Below, in pieces: positions 14,163 to 27,656 of a stretch of 64,000 nucleotides of DNA. Both the position numbers and the translations under genes were made by a program. The stretch's first letter is position 1. Every line of letters starts with the position of its first letter. The notes under the pieces were generated by a model. It worked only from the letters and a program-made list of their open reading frames with translations, made no database searches and was not told the DNA's origin. Source of the stretch: Lingula anatina (lineage: Eukaryota; Animalia; Brachiopoda); the NCBI GenBank assembly GCA_051362555.1, contig CM120640.1, forward strand, positions 28,792,503 through 28,856,502, read 5' to 3'.

Positions 14163-14967
14163 ATGGCCACAGTTAGTAGACGATTTTTGTTGAAGGTTAT
14201 AAATTTTCGGCAGTTTGTGCCAGGTATGTGTAGCGTTTCTCTTACTTTTGTTACGATAATTACGTTTTACTGACCAAAAACATGTCTCCTAAATGCCTTC
14301 ACAGTAGTCTCTGCTCATAACTTTATGTGTAGTAACAAAAAGAGATGTGCATTTCCATTATGCTTATTTGATAGAAAAACACCCAGCAGACGTGCTGAGA
14401 AAAAAAAAATAGTAGGGTTTTGAAACCATGCCTGTATAACTGTGCTGACTGTGTAACCGTGTTGTTACAATAATGCATACGTGACAAACATGCCACAAGT
14501 TAGTACCTACTGGTACCAGTAGAGTGTCCAAGTATGTTCGGAAAATGAAGCAAACAGTTTACATGATTTTAGGTGGTGACGCAAATTTGAAAAATATTTA
14601 ATATAGATCTATAGTCCAATATAAAAATTAAATCTGTTTATCATTCTTAGGATTGAGGACACATTACACAGCCAGATCCATATCAACCTCAACATGTAGA
14701 CCATCAAATGAACAAGGAAGTTCTGGACAAGAGAATAAACCAAAGAAAAGTGATCTGAAGAAAGCAAATACACCAACTGGAAGATTAGACGACAGAGTAG
14801 TACTGGAAAGAGAGGAACACAACCCAGCTCCTTACAGCGAGGAAAAAGCTTATGATCCATGGCCAAATGATACGAACCCTTATACAGGAGAGAAAGGGGG
14901 ACCCAAAGGTCCAGAACCTACTAGATATGGTGACTGGGAAAGAAAAGGAAGGTGTATAGATTTCTAA
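14163..14967 (+). CDS. SDHAF4: Succinate dehydrogenase assembly factor 4, mitochondrial (Sdh8/DUF1674), 125 aa
   Basis: Exon 1 14163-14223 (MATVSRRFLLKVINFRQFVP, mitochondrial-presequence-like, G|gtatgt) and exon 2 14651-14967. Ends in the diagnostic NPYTGEKGGPKGPEPTRYGDWERKGRCIDF. Confidence 0.95.
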
Positions 14968-15274
14968 AACCAGACTTATTGAATGTAAAAGAGTTAAAAT
15001 TGTTGGATTGTGACAGTTTCACAAACAGCCTACATACTAGCTTCATTTTGAAGGTCTTTTACAATACAAAATATGTACATTTGATAGAAGAGGATAATTA
15101 TAACCTATTTACTTGAATGTATATATATCAAGTTGCAAGCGGAGTTGTGAATGGCATTTCATTGACTAAGCACAGATCATGTCAAGTTGCATGCAAATAA
15201 GTAAGAAATATTGGCAAAGTGAGCTTAAGCGCTCAAATAAATTTGGTGACCAATTAATTCATGTTTGTAATATA

Positions 15275-15327
15275 TTTATTAAACAAAAATCTTAACTCAA
15301 AATAAAAGTCATATGTTGTTATTTATT
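15275..15327. terminator. Cluster of convergent poly(A) signals for SDHAF4 (+) and NCBP1 (-)
   Basis: AATAAA on + at 15301-15306, and TTTATT (AATAAA on -) at 15275-15280 and 15322-15327, between the two convergent stop codons. Confidence 0.4.
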
Positions 15328-16074
15328 GTTATGTCTTTTTAAGTGCCATAATAGTTCCAATACCTCCAAACAAGAAGTCTTGATTTACAAACCTTCAGTG
15401 CAGAAGCCCCAATTTGCATTTATTTGCAATGTGGAATGCTGCCTTTGTGTTGTAAATTTCATTTACCATATTAGTGATATTTGAACATAAAAACTTTCCT
15501 TGGCTTTGCTGTAAATACACCTATATACACCTTAAAAAGACCAGTTTGGACTGATTGCATAAAAAGTTTGATCAGTTTGTCTTAAACTTTTTAAAAATTG
15601 TTTTGGACAGCATGCCAGTTGTACAGTCAGAAGGGGAACATTATCAAATGGTCATCTACGGATTTGGTGAGGCAAACTAATTGCAATGCTAGATGTGTTA
15701 CAGCGTTTACTACAGCAAAAATTTCACTACAAAACTATTTAAAAAGAAATCTCACTTTTACTACATTTTTACATGTTTACTAATGTTTTTTACAACTTTC
15801 TGAGGAAATATTTTTATTCCTGCCGTTCTTAAATTTTATTCTTCCTTTCTCTTGAGTTCTGCTCTCATGGTAAAAGTCAACATTTTGGTCTGAAAGACCT
15901 TTTGCCCTTTCCTTTTTCTGGCTTTCTCAGACCAAGTTTGCAGGAAACTCCTGATGAAGACTGAAGGACTCCTGCACGTGTGTTTGGGTCTCACACTGTA
16001 CTTGGACCCTATCCCCTATGAGTCCATTTCAAAATGGCAATGCTTCAACCCTATTCATTTAAATGTCAAACCCT

Positions 16075-19000
16075 TCATGACCTTAAGGCACAGAAATGTT
16101 GAAACACCTCCAGAATGTGAAGATCAATGTCACTTGTAAACAGCAGATTTTCCAGAGTGTTGATGTACTTGTACACTTGCTCATGGTGCTGTAAAAATTA
16201 CACATTACACATGTTACACTTCAGTTTTTGGCTCTAAAAATCTTTTTTAGAATGATATCCAGTGCCAGATTAACATTTATTGTCTGAAACATTGTTTCCT
16301 TTAGGCTTATATTACCATATTAGATTCTGAATAACATAAATTAAAGAAGATATTTAAATCCTGTTAAGTAAGTTAACTATGATTATGACAATCATGTGAA
16401 TACTCAAAACAACCATCAGCAGCAAATGAGCTCTTACCAAGAGGAAAATTTGTTGAAGCCTTTCTATTACCCACTTATACCAAGGTGTGTTGTAATCCCG
16501 ACCTTCAGCTTCACACCGTGCCAAATGTTCTGTCAAAATCATGATGAACCTCTGCAAAATAATTTAAGAGCTATCAATTGCAAAATTAGATTTTCCAAAT
16601 ACAAGAAACCAAAAATTGGCAGGTTCTTTTCTAAAGTATTTACATTTATTATAAAGTTTAAGGAGCAATTTATCAAAGGCGAATAAAAAATACATTAACC
16701 ACCACAGAAAAATTTGATGAAGGATTTACCTGGAAAATGATTAGAAAGAGATTCTTCTGTTCACTTTGGGCAGATTCCAGTTTTTCCTCCATTCTTTCAA
16801 TCATCTCTTCTGTAGGGACATCATCGTCTTTGGAGTCTATATCCATTCCATCTCTTGCCTGAAATAAAGAGAGAAATATTAATAATAAATAATTAGGAAA
16901 ATATGTCTCAACATTTCTTGCACTAATATGATTTCATTTTTTATTTCAAAATACAATAATTAAACATACAGAAAGAAATACATCTAGTTATCTATTGACT
17001 ATAACCCCAAAAATATAATGTTCATATGTAACAAGAACAAAATAATCCATGCCACACATGCTAGTTATCATAACGGCATATGACATTTACAGAACATCAG
17101 TTTAGCTTTTCCTATTCAATAGAACAATTTTCAAGAAGGTAAATTTTAAGACATACCCTTCTCTCAGCTGCCTCAAGTTTGTCTTTGGCTTCTTCCACTT
17201 CTTTTTGCAACTTGGCAACATGTTTGTTCATCTTGCGGATGGTGGAATGGAGTATCTCCCACACAAAAAAGCTACACGAAATAGATAATAATTCCCTACA
17301 GTTGAATTTTAAGAGTAATTATACCCAGTAGAAAGGTCTATTAGAAATTGTGATCAATACATAATAAATCCTAAGTATTATCTTAATTTTCTGTCAATAT
17401 ATTGAACACACATATCCACATTCTTATGTATATCAGTGTCACAAGGCACATTTAACCTGAAATCTCCAAATGTCCTTTCTCATCATTTTGTCTAAGTATT
17501 ATCACCAATTATCAAATAGCACAAAAAAGGGACATTAAAACACTGCTACTCAAATTCACTTCAGTAAGATCAATCTCAACTAATACCTTGTGAAGTGGGG
17601 AGTCATCACTGAAGAAAACAGCCAGTTAGCTACTGCAGAACATTCAATAATCTGGGTTTTCAGCATTTTATCAATAAGAACACACATCATCTGAAAGAAA
17701 TTGGGCAATGGCAATGTTAACTATAATAAGAAATGTCTATTTGACCAAGGGCATACAGCTCTGAACTTATCACCTCAGACATTTCTGTACATTAAGTAAC
17801 TTACATAACTGATTGCATATAACATGAAACTGCTCAGATTTCATTTGTCTTCTTACACTTTTTCTTTCTTTTTTTCTTTCTTTTTGGAAATAAATCAAAG
17901 TTATATAATTTCACCTGTTGGTGTGTTCCCCAGACTTCATGCACACTCCTTAAAATGCAAATCTGTGCATCTTCTGTTTCTGCCAAGGTTTTGAACACAT
18001 AATGGAACCTAGGGAAAAAACATTTTAATTCAACATTAATTATTTTTAGGATTTCCTTAATACTATATTATGAGCAGTCAACAACTTTAATCACCAAAAG
18101 TTCATAGTTTGAGTGGTATATAGTGTTTTCAAAGATTTTAATCATTTTCAACTGATCACAAGTTGGATGAAGTAATAAAAAAAAGCCTAAAATCTACTTA
18201 CTTGGCAATAGCTGCAAAAGAATGACTGAATGACTTGCTTCCCAAGAATAACAGTGTTGACACAAATACATCAATTTTTAACGGGTTGTAAGCTGGGTCA
18301 CCTGTAACGAATGTTACAATACTGAAATCATGTTGAACAATTACAATAACTCTTCCACCTCTACTGTTATGCAAGAAAGCTGCAAGTTCAGGATGAGAAT
18401 GAGCACTTGTACAAAATATACTTAAAACTCCTTACCTTCTTCATCTGACAGTGGATTGGGCAAATCCTTCAGGATCATTGCTGCTTCCTCTGGGGTACAC
18501 TTACTCTTGATTGAGGACAAAAGCTTGTAGGCTGTTATGGTGCCTGGTAAGGAGCCTAAAGTAGAAAATAGAATATGCAGAAAAATACAGCCTTAGGAAA
18601 GGATGATGTATATACAGGAGTGGCAGCTTTCTAATAGGACATAGGAGCCATACAGGCTCAAACATAACCTGCCATTAAAGGCAGCTGTTAAAATCATATG
18701 GACTTCATCTAAACAGTAATAAGAGCATGCAATGGTGCAATTTTACTGTCTATTGTGTGTTAAAAGAATTATTGTGGTATGTTTTTCTAAAATAAGTATT
18801 TCATTTCACTTTTTTAATTTCAAAATTTAACAACGCAAACACTAAAACAAAAATTGTACTGACACCCACACATCCTACCATTAAGTCCATTACAAATTTA
18901 CACTCTCCTAATTTTCAAGATTAATTTAATGCTATGTATACTTTAAATAGTGATGCAATTTTATCTTCCCAAAATATTTCATTCCTATGAAAGTAAACCA

Positions 19001-22000
19001 ATTGTAAATGCTTGTTATTTTATCTTATTTTATATATTTTTTCTAAAAATATTGTGGTACATACCAGCGCCTTCCTTTTCATACTTATACACCGGATGTG
19101 GCTTTGTTGGAATAAGGGGCGCAAATGAGTCGGGGACAGTTTCTAAAATCCTCTGATGGTATGATAACCTGTGACCCAAAAGTGTTTAAACAGATTAAAT
19201 TATAACTCAATCCCAGAACATATAATAGAAAGTACTTACACCTATCTTTACATTTATGAAAGAAATATATGCAACAGAAAAGCATACACTATTTGAATAC
19301 AATCTCAAGCAAAATTTTAAAATGTATAACAAAACATTACAACAGTTTCCATCTACAAACCTCAAACACTGTAACAACACCTCCTTCACAAACATGGGTT
19401 TTGGTAACAAAGGATCCATTTCCACACAAGTGGACCAGTCATCCCAACTCCAGCGGAACTGGAAGTTACTCAAATGGTAGGCAAACCAGCTGACAAATCT
19501 GAAAGAAGCAAAAATAGTTTGTTAAGATTAACATTCACCCAGTTGGAGAAAAAGTAGTTTTTACACTTTTAAATCTATCACTAGACTGACTATGTTAGTG
19601 TCTTGTATCAAGCAGCTAACTTTCAATGCATTTCAACTTACAGTTGATCAAAGAGAGGGGATCTACACATTGTTCAATTTTAAAAATATAAAAATATTTT
19701 GTCTCCATTTCTTTAAAATTTCAAAACAAATACAAAATGTAACTTATTGTAAAGGGTAATTAATTTTATTTTTAAACCACATAAACCACACACAACATGC
19801 TTTGACAAACCTTTCTATGCAACTTGTATCCATTGTGTCTATTCTTTCATACAGCATCTCTGTGGCTTGAGCAAGCTGAGTTCAAGTTAAGAAAATGTAA
19901 TATAACTCTTTCTCACTGGAGAGGTAGGTAGAAATTAAGACAGGACTAAACCATTATAACTTTGTACACTTCCATGCATCTATGAAACATATTTTTGATC
20001 TTTTGTTTAATGACAAGTAAAGGATACCACTTGAGGCATGGTACTAGGTTGTAGCTTGCAGAGTTCAATCAGCAAAGACCCATAAAAAATTTCCAGGTAT
20101 GGAGGATGTGGCAGTCTAAACAGCTGAGAAAATACCACCTGAAAATGTTCATGAAAATATGCAGTTAACAAAGTAAATACTGACTTTAAGCTCCCCATTC
20201 AAAATCTAAAGTAGCATTATAAATTCTATACGTAAGAATAATCTTTATACTTAGGCTCATAGCAAAACTTTATTAATTACTGAATGTTATGCAAGCTATT
20301 GCATGTAAATTTCTTTTAAAAAATCCTGCAGTTTTCTTTAAAATGCCTTCAACAAATTCATTCAAATCATTGGATTGTCTTTCCTGTCATACATACTTTC
20401 AGTTAAGGGGATTTCATTTCAAGTCTGAACCTACCTCCACTATCATATAATTCAGAGGTAGTTGCACCTTGGTTGGGAAACTGAGTAATGCTGCTGCACT
20501 GAAATATGTGAATTTTTGTAATAAGAAACTGGCCTCTAATTTCACTCATGCTACCCTACAAGTTTATATTATAATACAAGGTCAATAAATCTTAAACCAA
20601 CAGCTTACCAGTCTTTCCTCTCTAAATGATGTGTGTGTAGTATTCTGTGTAAATGTTCTTCCACCAAGTACCTCTCTATAGCGTGACTACCTGGCATCAC
20701 AGGACCCTGAGACAAAATGTCATAATCACATCATTAAATTCATTAAAACCATTTCAGTGTATTATTTCTCTCCATAACATCATTTCATATCCATAAGTGT
20801 TCTAAAACCCTCAGATCCAATTGAAAAGAGAAAACAAGAGAAAAATTGAAAAAAAGAAAAATTGCTTGTGAGAGTGAAAGATATTAAGGAAGTATAGCCC
20901 ATTACATAGCAATAGGGTATATTTACATGAACATGCATGAAGACCTTGCCCTAAAATTTAAATTCCACAAAGAAAATAAAAATATAACATTTTCAAAATG
21001 ATCTGCATGAGCCAATGGTCTTAAACATAAGCTCACCTCTGGTACATCAGTATAGTCAAACATTCTGAACACCACTGAGGGCAAAGGATAGGTAGCATCA
21101 TCATCATGTGAAGGAGGGATAATCTGGGGTAATGTGTGCTGTAGTGCTTCACACAGCACTCCATCAAATGCCAGGTATGGACGTAATATTTGCCGCTCCA
21201 TCCATTTGTTGTTCTTCAGCATTTTGATTTGGGCCCATAAGCAGTCTAAGTACTAAAGAAATTGGTTTAAGTTTAGCTTATAGATTTATAAGAATCACAT
21301 AAAAGTTAAATCGAAGTAACAAATGCTTAGAAATTACAATGTAACATTCTTCTTTTCTCAGTATAAACTTAACCCAATTTATTTCATCTACAGCTGTAAT
21401 ATCTATTTGCAGAAAAGTTTTACAAACAATTTTTGACTAGTGAAAATATTCTTACTTCTTCCTGTGGATGTGGGTCATCTGATGTCCAAACCCGTAATGC
21501 AGTTACATGAATCTTTTGCCTTTTGCTGAGAAGAAGGATGAAATTCTATTATAATCAAGATATAATCAAGATTCAAATAAAAAAATTCTGCACAAAATTT
21601 CTGTTTCTGCATAATGTGAAACAGTACACAATGTTGGCATCACCATTTCTTTTAATCAATACATTTTAATTTTGTGTACGAAATACTTACTTTAAGTAAT
21701 TATCAATAGTTTGAAGCAATGCACTGAATTCTGTTTCCTTTTTCTCAAACAGTTCTCTTCCTACCCATGGCAGGGCAGATAGCACCATGAAAACAAACCA
21801 GTCAGATCTCACCTAGAAATAAATTACTGAATGTTTACTGAGACATCACCGAAATTTCAGCATCATCTTTATTCCTCATAAATTGAATCAACTGAACTAA
21901 ATGTCAATGATAAAGAAATCCAGCATGGAATAATGGTTTTAAAACAAGATGTTTTGAGAAAAAAAAATTTTTTTTTCAACTAACTAACATCTATCAATTG

Positions 22001-24482
22001 TTTTGACAAATTGTGGACATATGTTGTAGTCTATGGGTGTATTCCCAGAGATTTAGATCGATCCAGGGATTAAGATTTAGATCGATCTAACTCCCTGGGG
22101 GTTCAAGCTAAATTGCAGTAAGCCGAGCGCGCACCATAGTTAATTACCCTCTTACAGCTTTCAGTAGGCGGGACAGACGCTTAAGCCGGCTAAGCTGACA
22201 GTAATCTAGTGAGACTCTCCACAGGGATAGATCGATCTAAAAATCTATGGAAATGGGGTGTATTACACAAAACATGAGACTTACTTGTGGAATGTTGTCC
22301 TCTAGAGTGACTTCAACAAAGTTGTCAAACATTGCCAATAAAGAGGATGCAACAATCACATGGCAATTCACAAGATCCGATAAGAATCGAACCTGAAATA
22401 ATCATCAGAAAAAACCCTGTGAGTAAACATACATAGTGGCAATAAGAATTATTAACTTGAGAAAAATCGATACAGATATTATCATATTACTATGAGGATG
22501 GAGCAACAACTACAACAACAAAAAACTGTTAGTCTTAATGCAATAACTTGGTTATGCAACAAACTGATTCTCAAAGGGGTACATTCATAGTGCCAAGCAC
22601 AAAACAAAGTATATTGTATATTGAAGCAGTGTTTTTACTTACAATCAGTCTTGCATTTTCAAACTGGCAAGTCTTGAGAGATTCTTTAAGATTCCGGACT
22701 AGAATCTCAACAAACTGAAAGTGTACAGAAAAATCATAGATAAAAAATCGCACAACCAAGTACATTTAAACAATATTATAATAAAGCATATCTGACTCTA
22801 TATACAAATTATCCTAAAATTACAATTTTAGCAACCTTAAAGGCACACAATGAGCATTAATTTATTAATTAATTTATTAATTACTTTTATAAACAAATAA
22901 TATAATTAACAATTTCCCTTAATTACAAAGATGTGCCATATTTAAACCATTTCACCAAGTTCCATAAACCCCTTATTTTCAGTCATGAGTAATGAAAATA
23001 AAGAATGGTAAATTTCATGTGGCTATAAAAATGAGAAACTCTGGACTAGGGTATATATATTGTAAGTTGTAACATTTTAAACAGTTTTGGATAAACCATT
23101 CTGTGATAATAAAGAGAAACTACTAAAATTTCAAGTTAACTCATTGTGACAATGTTATTATCTTAAATGATGACAGATATTCACATCAAAATTCAGTAAC
23201 AGAGACAATATGATGCTTGAAACATACATACATAGCTGTTACGCTATATAATGTCCTTTAAATGTCTTAAAATTTACTCACCTCACCTCCACAGTTGTAG
23301 TTTCTGGCATTTAACAACCCAACCAATGTAGTATACACTGACAGCTTCTCTGGTAAATCCGTAACACTAAAATTAAATAGGTATCATTTAATTGCATAAG
23401 ATACAGATCTACTTAGGCTAATTTTTGGTCAATGCAACAAACCCTATGTCAAGCTGTTTGAAATATAACTATCTTACAGAATCTATTGCAGAACATACCA
23501 TAAGGTTTTATTAAGCTAAAATTCATACAGGACTACTTAAAGGTCTTTCAACTTTTTAAGAACTCATACCATTCACAAAGAATTTTGATAATCTTGTGTT
23601 TGTAGTTTGGTAAGTCTGCCTCAAGGACACTAGCAAGACCTTCAAGATTACTTTCCAATGAAGAAGTACTCTGAAAAAAAATCAATTTAGATTTATATAA
23701 AACACTGTATTGTCTAGGTAAATTATAAAACTCTGAACACATTTCCTTTGAGTAATTATAACCCCAACACTTTTCAGGTACAAATTATAACTGCATAGCA
23801 TGAATATTAAAATTTTAAAAGTCTATAAATGAATAGCTGAGTTGAGCGACTGTTTGTTTTACCTTTTCTCCCACCCTTGTTATGAGTGATTCCAACCTGT
23901 CTTCAATATCTGTGGGCCCCGAGGTACGCCGTCTCTTGTGAGAACGCCCTACAAATAACATACATGCATCAATGACAAAACTTTCATGGAAACTGAAAAG
24001 GTAATCAGATCACAAAAAAAAAAAGATGAATTTGATTGAAGCACTGTAGAGTTGTTTTCGTTCAACAAAACAGACATACAAAACAAATCTTTGTCTTTAA
24101 TTTTAATCCAAACAATCAACCGGTATTTTACGATTCTCGTTTTAACTGGTGGCATAGTCACTACTGATAAGCAATTTCCTTGCATTGAACACAATCTATA
24201 GCCTCTATTATTCTTAGCAGAAAATATGGTTATTATCATTTTTAATTCAAAAATACACATGCGCTCTTTTAGGAAAAGCGACTTGAATCCTAGTGATAAT
24301 GAATGGAAATCGCTTTTCTTGTCCCTGTGCCACTGCTGTTAACTAAAATTACAGAGAGCAGACCCACTAATGATAATGACAGTCACTAGCACATAAGTGC
24401 CTTTTTGTATATTTGTTATGCTGAAAGCGCTCTTACCGTCCTCTTCGTCACTATCATCACTAAAAGCACGCCGGCGTGACAT
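16075..24482 (-). CDS. NCBP1: Nuclear cap-binding protein subunit 1 (CBP80), 23 coding exons
   Basis: Starts [16 protein letters not shown]|[28 protein letters not shown]|[13 protein letters not shown] (bipartite NLS as in CBP80; exons 24482-24437, 23948-23863, 23670-23570). Internal [23 protein letters not shown]|[17 protein letters not shown]. Ends [37 protein letters not shown] (TGA 16077-16075). Confidence 0.97.
19876..20027 (-). other. U12-type (minor spliceosome) GT-AG intron, intron 12 of NCBP1
   Basis: 5' splice site |GTATCCTTT. Branch point TTTCTTAAC about 10 nt before the terminal AG (...ttttcttaacttgaactcag|). No polypyrimidine tract after the branch site. Phase-0 join gives conserved PQV|LAQATEML. 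Confidence 0.9.
22035..22260. mobile_element. MITE family 1, copy A (PIF/Harbinger Tourist-like), in NCBP1 intron 6
   Basis: Imperfect TIRs (ATTCCCAGAGATTTAGATCGAT ... ATCGATCTAAAAATCTATGGAAAT), flanked by a 3-bp direct repeat TAT/TAT. The interior matches 61926-62139 in reverse complement. Confidence 0.85.
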
Positions 24483-25110
24483 TTTCTAATTTTGAGTCTC
24501 CAATATGGCGGTGTGTACACACTACAGCAGTACTGCAGCAAATACTATTTTTGGCGAATCACAATCAGTTGACTCTTGGGTCCAAAGTTCAGCCTCTTCA
24601 ACCAGGCACTTTATGAAAGGAAAGAAACAGCAAAAGGTACGAAACGTAGTGTGCAGACTTAGAGATTATTTGAAAACTGTTGTTTTGACGAAGTCCAGCA
24701 AGACAATGTAAATTAATGTTGCTTTGTGTCAAATTGCGAACGTGAAAATATAACGTTACAATGTGCATACATGTACAACTGGACTGGTCTCGTACATGTA
24801 CATGTACCAGGAAATGCATGTATGTCAACTCACAAGTGAGTCTGCAAATTCCTTGCGTGGATGTAGAGGCAAAATTAGGTGTGCAGAAAACTTATTCTAA
24901 CTAAAAAGCAGTTTAACTTATTCACTCTCATCGAATATCTCAAAGCAAGGTCTTCCTCTGTTCCTGCAGTAAGTGAAGCATGAGCTGCACCACTGAAGTA
25001 ACTGCACCCCCTTACTTACATAAATTTTGTACTGGACCAAAAAAATTACATAAGTGTTATTATTTTTCATACTAAGACTTAAAGACATATTATTCTCTTC
25101 CAGTTTTAAA
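24483..25110. promoter_or_regulatory. Bidirectional promoter / 5' UTR region of NCBP1 and the acyl-CoA oxidase-like gene
   Basis: The two ATGs are 629 bp apart, head to head. YY1-like CAATATGGCGG at 24501-24511. Plus-strand donor AAG|GTACGA at 24636/24637 and acceptor TTCCAG| at 25103 just before the oxidase ATG imply a 5' UTR exon. Confidence 0.6.
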
Positions 25111-27656
25111 ATGGCTGTCGTTCTGAGAACAGCCCTGGTGAGGCACTTAACCAAGAAAACACTTTTTGCACAAAGATGGGTACCTCAGGCGCGAACAGCA
25201 GCAGCAGCAGCAGCAAGTGCAGGGAGCTATGAATCTGTATTGACATCCCATTCAAAAATTTTAGACAGAAAAATGATGTCAACCAAGGCCGTCCTTGATC
25301 CTGCGAAGCTTCGTGACACTTGGGAAAAGCCATCATTTGACATAGACAAAATGACTTCCCTCTTGGACCACGACAATCACGATATGAGGAAGAAATTCCG
25401 CGAGTACCTTTGCAATGATCCAGATATCATCCCAAGGTACAATATTCCCTTGCACGAAGAAAGAGAGCAAGCCCTGAAGAAGTTGAAGAGGATTTGTGAT
25501 CTAGGCTTTATTTCAGTGCTGGACTTTGTAAACAACCCCTTGCGTATCTTTGCAGCACATGAACTTGCTTCCATTATCGATCCTGCCACTACCACCAAGA
25601 TGACAGTTCAGTTCAATCTGTTTGGAGGCACAGTCCTGAAATTGGGAACAGAAAGACATCATGAAAAACTTGTTAAAGGTGATACTTTTGTCTAGTTATA
25701 GCTGATTATGTTTTTAGTACAATGTAAAAATTATAGTTTCTTGTTTTTTTTTCTTTCTTGTATTATTTACAAAAAAAAAATTCAACCATTGTATAATTGA
25801 ATAAAACCTGACATGAACCCACTTACTTAATAAGAAACTTCAAATGATCTGTTTCAATGAAAGAAGGGTTTTTGGAATTATGAGTAATTATTTTGTCTGT
25901 CCGTAGTGGTGAAGCATGATATGTATCTAAAACCTCTATTTCAGGTATTGACACACTGGATGATGTTGGTTGCTTTGGACTGACAGAACTTGGCTATGGC
26001 AACAATGCTGTGGAGATGGAAACCACTGCCACATATGACAAGAACACCCAGGAATTCATCATCAACACCCCAACACCTCTAGCTCAGAAGTACTGGATCA
26101 CCAATGGCGCTGTCCATGCCAAGCACTGCGTGGTGTTTGCACAGTTGATAGTGGAAGGTGTGAACCATGGGATACATGGCATCTTGGTGGACATCCGTGA
26201 CAAAAATTTAAACACTATGCCCAACGTATTGGTAGAGGACATGGGGTACAAGATGGGGCTGAATGGAGTGGACAATGCCAAGCTGACGTTTAATAATGTG
26301 CGAGTCCCCAGGGTAAATCTGCTGAACAAGTATTCTGATGTGAGTGAGGATGGTACTTTTACAACCTCCATCAAGAGTAACAGGGCCAGGTTCCTGACTG
26401 TGGCAGACCAGCTGTTGTCTGGCCGTATTTGTATTGCTAGCATGAGTGAGGGGGCAGCCAAGGCTGCCTTAGCCATAGCACTCCGCTATGCTGCCTCTCG
26501 ACTGGCAGTAGGACCCAAGGGGAAATCTGATACTTCAATCCTACAATATCAACTCCAGCAAAAAGCACTTCTTCCTCTGCTGGCTCGCACCTATGCCATC
26601 AACTTTGGATTGGACTATGTGAAAGATCGCTGGGCATTCCAAAACCCAGATGGCTCAGAGCATGCAGATGTGGTCATTATGTGCTGTGCAATTAAACCAC
26701 TGGCATCTTGGAACCTGGAAGAAGTGGTATCTGTAAGCAGGGAGCGTTGTGGTGGTCAAGGGTATTTGTCGTGCAATCGTTTTGGCACTTTCCTAGGCCT
26801 GGCCCACGCTGCCATGACAGCAGAAGGGGACAACAGCGTGCTGATGCAGAAGGTTGCCAAAGAAGCATTGGCCAAGTTTAAACCAGCTAAATTGTCTCCA
26901 CCAGGCTCAGAAGACCTCTCCAATACTGATTACTTGCACTACTTAATGCAGAAGAGAGAAAATACAATGTTCATGACTCTAGGATTGAAAATGCAGCAAG
27001 CTGGAAAAGAGGGTTAGTGCACATAATGTTTTGTTAAGAAATTTCTTATTATAATCCACATCAAACTGTCACAGGGATTTGGTAACGTGATTGGTTAAGT
27101 ATTATTTTTGCTAATTTTGGTTGGTGGTAGAAAACTAATGTTAATATTTGTATCATTCAGTAACTCATTGTGAAAACTGTCAAATGAACAGTTATATAAG
27201 CAATATGCAATTAATAATTTTTGTATTGATCGATGGTTTCATTCACCCATTCATGTATTATTCATTTTAGGCATATTTGATTCCTGGATGTATGACTGCA
27301 GTGACCTGATCCAAGGAGCAGCTCGGGCTTATGGAGAGCGCCTCATCAGTGAAAGATTTGCTGCAACCATCAACGAGTCTGATTCCTCCCTCAAACCTGT
27401 CCTCTCCAAGCTCTACCACCTCTACCTAATAGACATCGTAGAGAGGAACCTTGGGTGGTTTATAACATCTGACACACTCCCTGTAGCCATGGCCAAGGAA
27501 GTGAATGCGGTCTCAGCAAACCTGTGCAAGCAGCTTTCCCCACAGTCCCTAGCCTTGTGTGATGCCTTTGCCATTCCAGATCCCATGCTGTCTGCACCTA
27601 TTGCCTTGGACTGGGTCAAGTACAATGAGGTGGACAATCAAGGGGAGGTGGTATGA
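25111..27656 (+). CDS. Acyl-CoA oxidase family flavoprotein (ACOX3/ACOXL-like), 673 aa, 3 coding exons, with N-terminal mitochondrial-type presequence
   Basis: Exons 25111-25678, 25945-27012, 27271-27656 (2022 nt in frame). Motifs: [62 protein letters not shown], catalytic-Glu motif [12 protein letters not shown] possible alternative last exon 27866-27901 (donor at 27651) would give ...GEVMLKTDEKRHDS*. Confidence 0.9.

Noticed and set aside
24271-24320. Hairpin (AGGAAAAGCGA...TCGCTTTTCTT) in NCBP1 intron 1 as a possible snoRNA or miRNA
   Set aside because: Only an ~11-bp stem, with no convincing H/ACA or C/D box arrangement.
25123-25149. Possible PTS2 (LRTALVRHL) in the oxidase N-terminus
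   Set aside because: PTS2 needs R-[LVIQ]-x5-[HQ]-[LA]. Here the Arg is one position too close to HL and is followed by Thr.
26084-26476. Antisense ORFs over real exons (also 3732-3998, 6260-6499, 36375-36665)
   Set aside because: Shadow frames of coding exons on the opposite strand.
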